From Tepidisphaera sp. (GTDB taxonomy: Bacteria > Planctomycetota > Phycisphaerae > Phycisphaerales > UBA1924), in NCBI GenBank assembly GCA_050916045.1, contig CP051526.1, positions 64,001 through 128,000 on the forward strand: 64,000 nucleotides of DNA. Direction: 5' to 3'. Of the stretch, positions 9,787 to 20,400 are shown in pieces; within the stretch, counting starts at the first letter, position 1, and each line of letters opens with the position of its first letter. Below the pieces are notes generated by a model. That model saw only the letters and a program-made list of their open reading frames with translations, was not told where the DNA came from and searched no databases. Made by a program: the position numbers and the translations under genes.

Positions 9787-10410
9787 TCATTCCTGCCCGC
9801 CGGCTCGCCGCTCGATCTCGGCCCGAAGCGCCGCACGAGCCCGGAAGAGCCGACTCTTCACCGTCCCCACCGCGATGCCCAGCACGTCGCCGATCTCGTC
9901 GTAGTCGAGACCACGCTGATCCCGGAGCATCATGATCGTTCGTTGTTCGGGGTCCAAAGCCCCGAGGGCGGCCTCAAGCACCGCCAAGCCTTCAGAGTCT
10001 TGGACACGCATCGCCGCGAGCGGTTCCCGGCTTTGCCCGATCCGCCGCGAAAGTGTCGCTTCCTCCGAGCCCTCGGACCCCCCAGCCCCCCCAAATGTCG
10101 CATCCAGACTCGCCATCCGCCGGATCTTGTCCGACCGGAGCCGCGACAGGCACACGTTGATCACGATCCGGGTCAGCCAGGTGCTGAACTTCGCCCGAGC
10201 GTCGTAGCCATCCAGCCCCTGAATGACCTTGATCATCGCGTCCTGGCAGCTTTCCGCGGCGTTCTCGCGGTGCTTGAGAATGTGATAACAAAGCCCAAAC
10301 ATTCGCTGCTGGTGTCGGGTGAGAAGGGTGCCGATCGCCGGCTGATCCCCGCTCCGCGCCGCGGCGACCAGGCGCAGGTCCTCAAGCTGATCGGGGTCCG
10401 GGTCGGTCAT
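9787..10410 (-). CDS. ECF RNA polymerase sigma factor
   Basis: AKFSTWLTRIVINVCLS; GLDYDEIGDVLGIAVGTVKSRLFRAR. Confidence 0.93.
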   Translation of the reverse strand: MTDPDPDQLEDLRLVAAARSGDQPAIGTLLTRHQQRMFGLCYHILKHRENAAESCQDAMIKVIQGLDGYDARAKFSTWLTRIVINVCLSRLRSDKIRRMASLDATFGGAGGSEGSEEATLSRRIGQSREPLAAMRVQDSEGLAVLEAALGALDPEQRTIMMLRDQRGLDYDEIGDVLGIAVGTVKSRLFRARAALRAEIERRAGGQE

Positions 10411-10445
10411 CGCAGGGGTCCATCGTATCCGACGGCGACTTCCGG

Positions 10446-10706
10446 CTATTCGAACAGGTTCACGCCCGCGTGCCGAACGACCCACTGCACGGTGGCTTCA
10501 TAAAGCCGGTCCACATCCCCGATCGTCGGGTGCCACTCCGGTCCACGGTTGCCGCGCCATCGCCCGATGATCTCGGTCGCCGTGCGGCGACGGCTTTCCT
10601 TGTCCAAGGCGTCGCCGCGAAAGACCATGGTGTGCGCGACGGTCATCTCCACCCAGCGGAGCGCGGCTTGTTGGTGAGCGGGATGGGCTGGCTGTGACTT
10701 CTCCAC
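10446..10706 (-). CDS. Small hypothetical protein (86 aa)
   Basis: Fills the gap between genes. GTG start lies 5 nt after a TATGCT -10 box. Plausible composition. Confidence 0.55.
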   Translation of the reverse strand: MEKSQPAHPAHQQAALRWVEMTVAHTMVFRGDALDKESRRRTATEIIGRWRGNRGPEWHPTIGDVDRLYEATVQWVVRHAGVNLFE

Positions 10707-10749
10707 GTTTCAGCATAGCCCCGCCCCGCCCGGGCCCCAATACTCCGCC

Positions 10750-11160
10750 ATGGACCGATACCAGCAGTTCCAAGCCTACCGAACCAAAATGAACGCCCGC
10801 ATCCTCGGTGAAGCCGGCGATCGCGGTACCCACGCGGACGGCACCGAGCGATGCGGCGGCACCCTCGTCACCAAGCGGTTCTTCGCCCTCGACGGCAAGA
10901 CCTACGACGACGGCGCCCTCTCCGCCAAGACCAAAGAGCTCCTCGGCTTGGTCGCCTCGATGGTGCTCCGCTGCGACGACTGCATCGCGTACCACATCGA
11001 CCGCTGCGTAGCCCTCGGCTGCACCGACGAAGAGCTCTGGGAGACGTTCGACGTGGCTCTTATCGTCGGCGGATCGATCGTGATCCCGCACCTTCGCCGC
11101 GGCGTCGAGTTCCTCGACCTGGCTCGCACCCACGCAAGCCCCGGTTCCGGCGGGTCCTGA
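10750..11160 (+). CDS. Carboxymuconolactone decarboxylase/AhpD-family protein
   Basis: DGALSAKTKELLGLVASMVLRCDDCIAYH (CxxC..H). Confidence 0.9.
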   Translation: MDRYQQFQAYRTKMNARILGEAGDRGTHADGTERCGGTLVTKRFFALDGKTYDDGALSAKTKELLGLVASMVLRCDDCIAYHIDRCVALGCTDEELWETFDVALIVGGSIVIPHLRRGVEFLDLARTHASPGSGGS

Positions 11161-11175
11161 CCCGCTCGGGCCGCA

Positions 11176-11223
11176 TTGACTCAGCCGGTCGAGGGCCTAT
11201 TCTGCAATTGAGACTGAGTCGCA
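11176..11223 (+). promoter_or_regulatory. Promoter plus 7-1-7 inverted repeat (Fur-box-like operator)
   Basis: TTGACT-N16-TATTCT (11176-11203), then TGAGACT-G-AGTCGCA (11209-11223; 6 of 7 arm pairs). Confidence 0.55.
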
Positions 11224-11357
11224 TGAGCAGAACCCGCGCCGCATTTGTGAACTTGGGACGTCTGGCTTTCCTGTTTTTCCTGCTCAAGGGCTTCGCGTGG
11301 CTTTGTGTGCCCGCGTTCCTCGCCTGGTTTGCGGCGCGATCGGAGACCCTCCCATGA
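11223..11357 (+). CDS. Small single-TM protein (44 aa) translationally coupled to heme oxygenase
   Basis: MSRTRAAFVNLGRLAFLFFLLKGFAWLCVPAFLAWFAARSETLP. Its TGA overlaps the next ATG (ATGA). Confidence 0.65.
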   Translation: MSRTRAAFVNLGRLAFLFFLLKGFAWLCVPAFLAWFAARSETLP

Positions 11358-12013
11358 CCGCATCCACCGCACCGGCCGCCACCCTCAGCGCCCGCCTGAA
11401 AGCCGAAACCCAGGACCAGCACACCGCCGCCGAGAAGCACCCCTTCCACGCCATGCTCTTCCGGGGCCTGCTCCCGGTCCACGTCCTCCTCCAGCACCAT
11501 TCGGAAATGGGGCTGATCCAGGCCGCGCTCGAGGACAAGCTCGCGAGCACCGACGCGCCCGAGATTCGGGCCGTGCTTCAGCCACACCACCGCCGAGCTT
11601 CGCTGTTTGCTTCCGACCTTGTCGCTTCGGGGATGATGCCGCCCAAGCAACCTTCGACCCAAGCCGCCAAACGCTTCATCTCCGAGATTGAAGTCGCGGA
11701 CCCGGCGACGCTCCTTGGTGTCTTCTACGTCCTTGAGGGTTCGACCAACGGTGGTCGGTTCATCCAAGCCGCGATCGTGAAAGCCTACGGGCCGGCGAAT
11801 CCGGGCCTCACGGTCACCGCGCTCAGCCCGCACGGCGACCACCAGATGGCCCGCTGGGGCGAGTTCCGAACGGGGCTGGACAGCGTGGAACTCCAACCCG
11901 CCAAAGCCGACCGCGTCGTCGCGGGCGCTGCTCGCACGTTTGTCGCCGTGACGGAGGTCATGGAGCAGATCATGCCCAAGGGCCTCGTCACACCCGCCGC
12001 GCCCGCACATTGA
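11354..12013 (+). CDS. Biliverdin-producing heme oxygenase
   Basis: LSARLKAETQDQHTAAE (proximal His); YVLEGSTNGGRFI. Confidence 0.9.
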   Translation: MTASTAPAATLSARLKAETQDQHTAAEKHPFHAMLFRGLLPVHVLLQHHSEMGLIQAALEDKLASTDAPEIRAVLQPHHRRASLFASDLVASGMMPPKQPSTQAAKRFISEIEVADPATLLGVFYVLEGSTNGGRFIQAAIVKAYGPANPGLTVTALSPHGDHQMARWGEFRTGLDSVELQPAKADRVVAGAARTFVAVTEVMEQIMPKGLVTPAAPAH

Positions 12014-12506
12014 GGCTGATGGGGATCCCCGCGAAAACGACGCGCGATGTGTCCGGGAAAAGGGCGAAGTCCGCGACGCGCTGGACATCCGCGAACCCCG
12101 CATCCACGAGCGCGACGGAAAGCAGCTCGAACGTGAAGCCCGACTTGTGGAAGTCGTAAGCGTCGATCTGCCCGCCGTAGATCATCCGCTGCACATGCCA
12201 GCGGTCCGCCGTCGAGAGCGCCGGGTGCGTCAGCATCTTGGCGAGCACCTCAAGATCGGGAACGGCGACCATGAGTTCTCCGCCGGGCTGGAGCACGCGG
12301 GCCGCTTCCCGCAGCGCGACGCCGACCTCGCGGTTGCTCAAGTGTTCGTAGACATGGGAGGCGTAGACGGTCTCGGCGCTCGCAGTCGCGAACGCCGAGA
12401 GGTCGGTGACGGTCGCGACGACGTCCACGACGGGGGAAGGTTGAGCGTTGACGACGGTCCAGCCGGGTTTGGCAAGCTCGCCGCCGAGGTGAAGTCGAAG
12501 GGGCAT
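11988..12506 (-). CDS. SAM-dependent methyltransferase-domain protein
   Basis: LRLHLGG, YASHVYEHL, RVLQPGGELMVAVPDL. Confidence 0.8.
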   Translation of the reverse strand: MPLRLHLGGELAKPGWTVVNAQPSPVVDVVATVTDLSAFATASAETVYASHVYEHLSNREVGVALREAARVLQPGGELMVAVPDLEVLAKMLTHPALSTADRWHVQRMIYGGQIDAYDFHKSGFTFELLSVALVDAGFADVQRVADFALFPDTSRVVFAGIPISLNVRARRV

Positions 12507-12507
12507 G

Positions 12508-13728
12508 CTATTTCGCCTCGGCGAGAGCCCGCGCCCGTTCGCGCAGGCTTGTGACGGAATTGCGATGGCTCTGAATCATCGAGCGCCAGCGGGCCGGCAT
12601 CGCGGGCGGACGGACGCCGGCGGAAGTCTGTCCCGGCGGCGGGGATCGCAGGAGTTCGGGGTACTCGGTGACGAGAGCTTCCAGAGCTTTGATCCCATCA
12701 TCGGCGCGATCGAGCGATGGGAGCTGAGCCTGGGCTTGTGAGCGGGCTTCGCTCAAGCGAACGTCCTTGCCGGTCGCCGCGTCGAGAGCCGCATCGACCC
12801 GCTTGCGGAGGAGCGAAACTTCATCGTCGATGAGAGCGGCGCGGATGCCGGCGTCATCCACCGATTCCTCGATCTCCGCATCGCGAACGGTTGGAAGCTT
12901 GATCTTCGTCTGGCGGCCGAGTGCTTGGAGATCGTCGGCTTGCAGGAAGGCTTCGTTGTTCGCCATGGCCATCGCGCTGGCTGGGAGCGTGAACGCTTCG
13001 AAATCCGAGCCGCCCCGCGGGGCTTTGCAGAGCGCGAAGACACGCTTGCCCCTCTCGTTCGCGGGCCGGGCTCCCTTGACGAGTGTCCACGTGGGCGGTT
13101 TGCTCGCGATGTTCTCGACGGCCCACCAGTCTTCGGCGCTCCAGGTGAGGACGTCGAGAAGTCCATCGTTGAGCTTGCGGCGTGCGAGGTGCGGCTGCAT
13201 CAGTTCGCGGATATCCGCTTCGAGAAGCGTCCAGTCGGTCTTCTCGGCGACGAGCGAACGGGCGGAAGCGTCCCGTTCCACGCGGACCGAAAATCCGCTT
13301 TCGGTCGATGCGCCCTGAGAAGCGGCGAGAGCGACCAAGACCGGCCCCAGATTCGCGAACGGCTTCTCGCGAACCACGTCGAGCAGGACGATCACCGGTG
13401 TGCGGCAGGACTTGATGTCGAGCAGAATCTCGCGGACGACGTCGGTGCGCCACGGCGCGGTTGCCTGGATCGAGAGGACGACGATCGGGGCTTTGCTTTT
13501 GGCGCCGGCTTCGAAGGCGTCGCGGATCGCGCGGCTTGCTTTGGCGGAGTCCATCGCGCCGATCTGGATGAGGAACGCGGACTGTCGCTCGGAGGCCTTG
13601 GACTGGTCTGGACGCGCGTCGATGGGAGCGGGGGGCGGCGTGGCGGACGGCGTGGCAGGATCGGCCGCGGGTTGCGCGACGCATGCACCGGCGACAAGGC
13701 CGGTGAGGATGCACATCAAGGTTCGCAT
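12508..13728 (-). CDS. Secreted hypothetical protein, N-terminal part loosely ClpP/NfeD-like
   Basis: RBS GAGGAGG, signal peptide, Pro-rich linker, then an alpha/beta segment (APIVVLSI..TPVIVLLD) and a coiled C-terminus. Confidence 0.6.
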   Translation of the reverse strand: MRTLMCILTGLVAGACVAQPAADPATPSATPPPAPIDARPDQSKASERQSAFLIQIGAMDSAKASRAIRDAFEAGAKSKAPIVVLSIQATAPWRTDVVREILLDIKSCRTPVIVLLDVVREKPFANLGPVLVALAASQGASTESGFSVRVERDASARSLVAEKTDWTLLEADIRELMQPHLARRKLNDGLLDVLTWSAEDWWAVENIASKPPTWTLVKGARPANERGKRVFALCKAPRGGSDFEAFTLPASAMAMANNEAFLQADDLQALGRQTKIKLPTVRDAEIEESVDDAGIRAALIDDEVSLLRKRVDAALDAATGKDVRLSEARSQAQAQLPSLDRADDGIKALEALVTEYPELLRSPPPGQTSAGVRPPAMPARWRSMIQSHRNSVTSLRERARALAEAK

Positions 13729-13793
13729 GGAGCCCTCCTCGATGGATGTTATCTTCGTCGACCCTTGCTTGCGATTCAGGTTCACCAGCCTGT

Positions 13794-14918
<1,125 letters not shown>

Positions 14919-15096
14919 GCCGCCTCGCGTTTCGCCGCAGGGATGTCCGGCGACCGACGCGCCGGGGAGCGAGAGTGTACCCGATCTCCCAATCCGCACA
15001 GCCGTCATAACCGCCCGATCGTCCGAGATTGACGGGACGGAGGCAAAAGGAGGCTCCCGAGCGTGTCGATACGCAGGACCGCAAAGGAGTGCGTCT

Positions 15097-15327
15097 ATGG
15101 GTCCATCCAATCGAGCGTTCAACCAAGCCAAGTCGATTCTCGGGAAGCTGGACCGCTCCATCGACCAGCTGCGCGAGCAGCGGGCCGCGGGACCGGTGCC
15201 GGCCCCGGCCGCACCGACCGTTTCCGCCGCTTCGGCGATGTCCCAGCAGATCGGCGGTCGGGCCGAACCGGCGCCCGCCCGTCCGGCTTCGCCCTTCGGT
15301 CGGGCGACGCCCCTCCCGCCGCGCTGA
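15097..15327 (+). CDS. Small hypothetical protein (76 aa)
   Basis: RBS AAAGGAG; amphipathic helix [23 protein letters not shown], then an Ala/Pro linker and FGRATPL. Confidence 0.6.
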   Translation: MGPSNRAFNQAKSILGKLDRSIDQLREQRAAGPVPAPAAPTVSAASAMSQQIGGRAEPAPARPASPFGRATPLPPR

Positions 15328-15389
15328 AACTGTTGCGGCTGGAACACTGTTCCGGACCGGGTCCCGCGGGTGTTGCGCTACGATGACGC

Positions 15390-16181
15390 ATGCCCGTTCC
15401 CGAAGCGTCTCCCGACGCGTCCGCTCCCGCTCCGGCTTGGACCAACGCCGACCTCGCCGCGCCGCACCAGCACGCTGAAAAAGCGGTCAAGGTCCGCGGC
15501 ATGTTCTCCGCCATCGCGGGGAGCTACGACCTCAATAACCGCGTCCACTCCCTCTGGCAGGACCAGGCTTGGCGCCGGTTCGCCGTCCGCTCCGCCGCCG
15601 TCAAGCCCGGGGAGACAGTCCTGGATGTCGCGTGCGGGACCGGCGATCTGACCGAGCTCTTCGCCAAGTCCCCCGCCAGCAAGGTCATCGGCGGGGATTT
15701 CACCCCCGCGATGCTCGAGATCGCCCGCGAGAAGCGGAGCGGTCTGACGCCCGAGCAAAGCCGCAAGATCACCTATATGGAAGCGGACGCGATGAACCTC
15801 GCGTTCCCGGACGCGAGCTTCGACGTCGTTTCGATCGCGTTTGGAATCCGCAACGTGACCGACCCGACGAAAGCGGTCCGCGAATTCGCGCGGGTGCTGA
15901 GGCCCGGCGGCCGGCTCATGATTCTCGAGTTCGAGCGGCCGCGATTCGCCCTTATGCGGTGGTTCTACGACTTCTACTGCGGGTGGGTGATGCCGCGCAC
16001 GGCCACGCTGATCAGCGGGGACAAGAGCGGCGCGTACAAGTATCTGCCCCGCTCGGTCGGGACATTCATGAACCGGGCCCAACTCTCGGACCTGCTGCGC
16101 ACGTCCGGATTTACCGACGTGACGAGCCGCGGCTTGTCTCTTGGGATCTGCGTGTGTTACCGGGGCGTGCGCACCGGTTGA
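15390..16181 (+). CDS. ubiE: Demethylmenaquinone methyltransferase (UbiE/MenG)
   Basis: VRGMFSAIAGSYDLNN, VLDVACGTGD, IAFGIRNV, AYKYLPRSV. Confidence 0.92.
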   Translation: MPVPEASPDASAPAPAWTNADLAAPHQHAEKAVKVRGMFSAIAGSYDLNNRVHSLWQDQAWRRFAVRSAAVKPGETVLDVACGTGDLTELFAKSPASKVIGGDFTPAMLEIAREKRSGLTPEQSRKITYMEADAMNLAFPDASFDVVSIAFGIRNVTDPTKAVREFARVLRPGGRLMILEFERPRFALMRWFYDFYCGWVMPRTATLISGDKSGAYKYLPRSVGTFMNRAQLSDLLRTSGFTDVTSRGLSLGICVCYRGVRTG

Positions 16182-16451
16182 GAGTTGCGCTCTCGGGCCC
16201 AAAGCCGTGCAAAACGCCGCGAAGTCACGCCCCGTGCGCGCTTATCGGGAGTTCTCCACGACTTTGTTGCGCCGCGACACAGCTTTCCCTGCGCGGCCCC
16301 CTCGATTTCACCATCTGTGCGCATGCGGTCCGATGAACCTGTCACAGCGTTGGTGGCGCTAAGCACGGAGGATCCGAGCCTTTCACATATTCTGGTCCGA
16401 GCCGCATGGTGGAACAGCGGCCCGGTCGCACCATAAGGACGTGGCGCGAAA

Positions 16452-17162
16452 ATGTTGAACCAGGACTTCTTGGCGGAGCGTTTCTTCGAATCCCTCATCA
16501 ATGGAAACCGGGCTGAAGCGAGCGACCTTGCTCGGCAGGGCGAGCCGATCTTCGGCGGGCCCCTCGGCGTGGTTTCGGGCCTCTTCTGGCCCATGTACGA
16601 ACAGCTTGACAAGCTCTTCCGGAGCGATCAACTGAGCGCCATCGCGTTCCAGTTCGCGACCCGCTTGCTGCGGTCGCTGACGGAGCAGTACGCCCTACGC
16701 CTTCCCTCGACGGCCCGGACGGACGCCACGGTGGCGGTCTTCTGCGGCAACAGCGTCGGTGAAGAGCTCGGCGCGCAGATGGCGACGGACGTCCTGGTCG
16801 CTTCGGGCTGCAACGTCCGCTTCGGCGGCGGCGGGATCGCGGCCGACGAGATCCTGGCGCACGTGCACGAGACGCGGCCGGACGTGCTGGTGATGTTCGC
16901 GTCGGCGGCTTCGGACCTCCCGGGCATCCGCATGCTGATGGACAACCTTCGCGAGATCGGGGCCTGCCCCAACACGCGTCTGGTCGTCGGGGGCGGGGTC
17001 TTCAACCGCGCTCCGGGCTTGGCCGAGGAGATGGGAGCCGAAGCGTGCGTGGGCTCGCCGATCGATCTGGCGGAAGCCGTCCTCGAGGTCCGCCGGACAC
17101 CGGCGATCGCTCAGCAGATCGAGCGCAAGCCGGCCGCTGCGGTCCGCCGCCGGGCCGCCTGA
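16452..17162 (+). CDS. Stand-alone cobalamin-binding-fold protein (cap + Rossmann) lacking the axial His
   Basis: EELGAQMATDVL..FGGG..RPDVLVMFAS..LVVGGGVF..GLAEEMGA; Glu at the DxHxxG His position. Confidence 0.75.
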   Translation: MLNQDFLAERFFESLINGNRAEASDLARQGEPIFGGPLGVVSGLFWPMYEQLDKLFRSDQLSAIAFQFATRLLRSLTEQYALRLPSTARTDATVAVFCGNSVGEELGAQMATDVLVASGCNVRFGGGGIAADEILAHVHETRPDVLVMFASAASDLPGIRMLMDNLREIGACPNTRLVVGGGVFNRAPGLAEEMGAEACVGSPIDLAEAVLEVRRTPAIAQQIERKPAAAVRRRAA

Positions 17163-17186
17163 GTCCCAGAACCAATCAAGAACCAA

Positions 17187-17223
17187 ACAAAGCCGTGGCC
17201 AAACGCCACGGCTTTGTGTTTTT
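17187..17223 (+). terminator. Intrinsic terminator
   Basis: ACAAAGCCGTGGC-caaac-GCCACGGCTTTGT followed by GTTTTT. Confidence 0.85.
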
Positions 17224-17309
17224 GCACCGGGATAGGCGCATCTTCCTGGCAACCGCCGGGGGGGAGGGGTGGTATTCTGGTGTGGGGAACGGGTGTGCGA
17301 GCGAAGCAA

Positions 17310-17900
17310 ATGGTCAAAGCCGAAGAACAACGGTTGATCAGGTTGGCGGCGGCGGGCGATCGGGACTCCGCGCAGGAGTTGATCAAAGCCCATCAGCGGT
17401 CGCTCTACGCCTACCTCTACCGGCTTTCGGGCCGCTCGGACGTGGCGGAGGACGTGGCGCAGGACGCGTTTGTGCGCGTGCTGACCAACCTTGACCGGTT
17501 CGATCCGCGGTTTCGTTTCTCGACCTGGCTTTTCACCATCGCTCGCCGGCTGTTCCTGAACTTCCGCGAGAAGCGCCGGCCGATGAACGGGTCGGAAGCG
17601 ATGGGTGCCTGGGGGAGCGAGTCCGGCCGTCCCGAGGGGGGCGTGGTCCGCGCGGAGAGCAACGTCGTCGCGAAGGATGCGCTTCAGCGGGCCCTGATGG
17701 GTCTTTCGCTGGACCAGCGAGAGGTGATGGTCCTGTTCCATCAGCTTGACTGGCCGATCTGGCTGATCGCCGAGCATCTGGGAATGCCCGAGGGCACGGT
17801 GAAGAGTCATCTGCACCGCGGCCGTCGCCGGCTTCGTGAGGTGTTGGCGGCCAAGACCGTGGTCACGACCGAGCAGACGCTTGAGGAGGCCTGGCTGTGA
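17310..17900 (+). CDS. ECF RNA polymerase sigma factor
   Basis: AEDVAQDAFVRV, FSTWLFTIARR, IAEHLGMPEGTVKSHLHRGR. Confidence 0.93.
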   Translation: MVKAEEQRLIRLAAAGDRDSAQELIKAHQRSLYAYLYRLSGRSDVAEDVAQDAFVRVLTNLDRFDPRFRFSTWLFTIARRLFLNFREKRRPMNGSEAMGAWGSESGRPEGGVVRAESNVVAKDALQRALMGLSLDQREVMVLFHQLDWPIWLIAEHLGMPEGTVKSHLHRGRRRLREVLAAKTVVTTEQTLEEAWL

Positions 17901-18637
17901 GCGCCTCCTCCAACGATCGATCCAGGAAGGACCGCGCGGGCCGGGACTACACCGAGTTCGGGTTCCGCGAGCTCGGCGCTGACGATGCGCTCGACCGGTA
18001 CTTCGACAAGGAAATCACACGCGAGTCCGCGGTGTTCCGTGCGGCGTTCGTCAAGCGCGACTTCCGTACGCAGGTGGATGAGACCGAAGCGATGATCGGT
18101 GAGCTTCGCAAGCCGATGCGGACGTCGGACCTTTCGAGCGCGATTCTGGACGCGGTGGACGCTCGCAAAGCGTTTGTCGCGACGCGGACGCGGCGGGTGG
18201 TCACGCTCGGTCGCCTGGCCGTGGCGGCGAGCGTTCTGCTTGCGGTCGGAGGCGTCGTACTCGTTGAGCGTCTCCACCCCGGAATCACTTCGTTCCAAGC
18301 TGAGCCCGAGCCCATCGCGGGCATGGTCAGCGCGGCGAGCATGTCGACGCAGCGGCCGATCGCCCGCGAGGCGGGGTCTGCGCAGGGCGAGCCCAAGCAG
18401 AGCGACGCGGGCTCGGTGCTGATGAGCTGGACGATCGCCAAGCTTGGTGCGGTCGAAGCGATCGAAGTGCGTCAGTGCGCCGCGTCGACCGCTCAGAACG
18501 TGGCTTCCTCCTGGACCAACTCCGGTGTCCGGACGATGTCTCAGCAGACGGATCCTTCGATGGAATGGGCCGTCGGGTTCGCGACGTTCCCGACTCCGGA
18601 TCAGCAGGGCCGTTTGTGGACGGCTCGCGGCTGGTGA
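17897..18637 (+). CDS. Putative anti-sigma factor (single TM)
   Basis: GTGA-coupled to the ECF gene; LDRYFDKEI N-domain, TM helix LAVAASVLLAVGGVVLV. Confidence 0.6.
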   Translation: MSASSNDRSRKDRAGRDYTEFGFRELGADDALDRYFDKEITRESAVFRAAFVKRDFRTQVDETEAMIGELRKPMRTSDLSSAILDAVDARKAFVATRTRRVVTLGRLAVAASVLLAVGGVVLVERLHPGITSFQAEPEPIAGMVSAASMSTQRPIAREAGSAQGEPKQSDAGSVLMSWTIAKLGAVEAIEVRQCAASTAQNVASSWTNSGVRTMSQQTDPSMEWAVGFATFPTPDQQGRLWTARGW

Positions 18638-18707
18638 TCGGATCCGTGTCGATTCAGGTCAGTGGGCAAGCGGTCGACGGTTCCGCTCGTAGGGATCAGG
18701 TTTTCAC

Positions 18708-20258
18708 ATGCGAAGGTTGACGGTTCGACAGTTCGGCGCACTGACGCTGGCGATGATGGCGGGTTCGGCCGCGGTCGCTCAGGAGAAGGATGCGCCGGCG
18801 GTCAAGCCGATGCCGGAGGAGGCGTGGGGATCGGTCATGATCGATCGTGGCGCCGACTGGGCGGCGCACGAGCCGACGCGGCGCATCGCCGAGCTCGTGC
18901 TGCGATCCGGAGCCCTCGGGACCGCCGAAGCCGCGTGGAAAGAACTCGCCGGCGTGATGGAGATGAAGAGCCCCGAAGCGTTCGGAGCGCTGCTCGGCGA
19001 TCGGGCTCTGCTGGTGTGGGGCCGCCGGGATGAGCTTGAGTTCACGCCGTGGGGCGTCGTGACGCGGGTTTCTGACGACCGGGCGACGCTTCTTGAGCGG
19101 AAGCTGGACGCGGCACCGCGCGGGTTTGACGATGGTCGGCCCGTCGTGCTTGTGGAGCGGGGTAGATTTAGGCTTTGCAAGCTGGACGGACGTGACGGGC
19201 TGGAAGAGCCGACGGGCCGGACGCGGCTTCTGCTGACACCGACGGCGGCGAGCGACAGTCGCGGCTGGATCTCTCGAACGGTTGGAGCGACGGAGGGCCT
19301 GTCGCGTGTGCCGGGGTCGATGGTGGGGTATGTGCGTTCGGACGCGGCGGGGGCGTACGCCGTGGCTTCAGTCACGAGGCAGGAACGCGGATGGGATGCG
19401 TCGGTTCGGTGCACTCCGGAAGTTCTTGGTTTGACGCGAGCTTCGTGCGAGCAATTGGCGAAGGAGGGGTCGGCCGCCGAAGGAGTGATCGGTCCTGATG
19501 TGTTGCTTGAGGTCTGGGGCAGGGTGCCGTCGCAGGTTCCGGGGCTCGTCCGGCCGCCGGCGGAGATCGCGACGCTGCTCACCGCGGCGCGGATCACGGC
19601 GCCGTCCTCGCAGTGGTCCGGGGAGCGTGTGGTGCTTCGCGTGCTCCGGGAGAAGGGGGACGGGTTCAGTGTGCTGATGGCGTGCGAGGTGAAGGATCGG
19701 CGGGCGGCGTCGGCGTGGTTCGACGGGCTGATCTCGGGCGTGCTTGATTTCGCGGGTCGTGTGCAGGGGACCGGCGGGCAGATCGCGGCGGAGTTGCGGC
19801 AGGATCTGGTGAAAGCGGGGAATGATCCGTCGGCGATGAGGCTTGTGGTGCTCGGCGGCAAGGCGCAGCGTGAGAAGGGCCTTGAGCAGCGGCCGGTGGT
19901 GGATCCGGGCACGCTGGCTTGGACGACGGTGGGCCAGGGGACGGGCGGCTGGTGGGTGATGCAGTACCGGTCGGGCGCGGCGGAGCGGGACGTCGCGGAG
20001 CGGTTCCTGCGGGATGCGGGCGCCGAGATGCTGACGGCGGTGTGGGGAAGCCGGGTGGTGACGCTGAACGCGCGGCCGGCGGCGATCTGGAAGGTGATGG
20101 GCGCGGAGGATCTGGGTGAGCAGGCCGGGTTGCTGGAGCTGGCTTCGGAGCTGGAATCGATCGAGGGAACGCTCTGGGCGACGCCGAGTGGGATCGAAGG
20201 CGCGGCGAAGGTGCGCGTGACCGAGCCAAAGCCGGCGGCCAAGCCTCAGCCCAAGTGA
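18708..20258 (+). CDS. Secreted hypothetical protein (516 aa)
   Basis: Signal peptide ending AAVA-Q; long ORF with native codon bias; no family recognised. Confidence 0.7.
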   Translation: MRRLTVRQFGALTLAMMAGSAAVAQEKDAPAVKPMPEEAWGSVMIDRGADWAAHEPTRRIAELVLRSGALGTAEAAWKELAGVMEMKSPEAFGALLGDRALLVWGRRDELEFTPWGVVTRVSDDRATLLERKLDAAPRGFDDGRPVVLVERGRFRLCKLDGRDGLEEPTGRTRLLLTPTAASDSRGWISRTVGATEGLSRVPGSMVGYVRSDAAGAYAVASVTRQERGWDASVRCTPEVLGLTRASCEQLAKEGSAAEGVIGPDVLLEVWGRVPSQVPGLVRPPAEIATLLTAARITAPSSQWSGERVVLRVLREKGDGFSVLMACEVKDRRAASAWFDGLISGVLDFAGRVQGTGGQIAAELRQDLVKAGNDPSAMRLVVLGGKAQREKGLEQRPVVDPGTLAWTTVGQGTGGWWVMQYRSGAAERDVAERFLRDAGAEMLTAVWGSRVVTLNARPAAIWKVMGAEDLGEQAGLLELASELESIEGTLWATPSGIEGAAKVRVTEPKPAAKPQPK

Positions 20259-20307
20259 TGAGTCTGATCCGGGCCGTGATGGTGCCGACGAGAGCTTGCG
20301 CCGCTCG

Positions 20308-20348
20308 AAAAGAGAAAGCGGCCGGCTCACCAGAGGCAAGCCGACCGC
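20308..20348 (-). terminator. Intrinsic terminator
   Basis: Minus strand GCGGTCGGCTTGC..GTGAGCCGGCCGC followed by TTTCTCTTTT. Confidence 0.6.
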
Positions 20349-20400
20349 AGGAGGGAAACGGACTTTTCACGCCCACCGGGTGGCGAGCGAGGGGTGTTGC

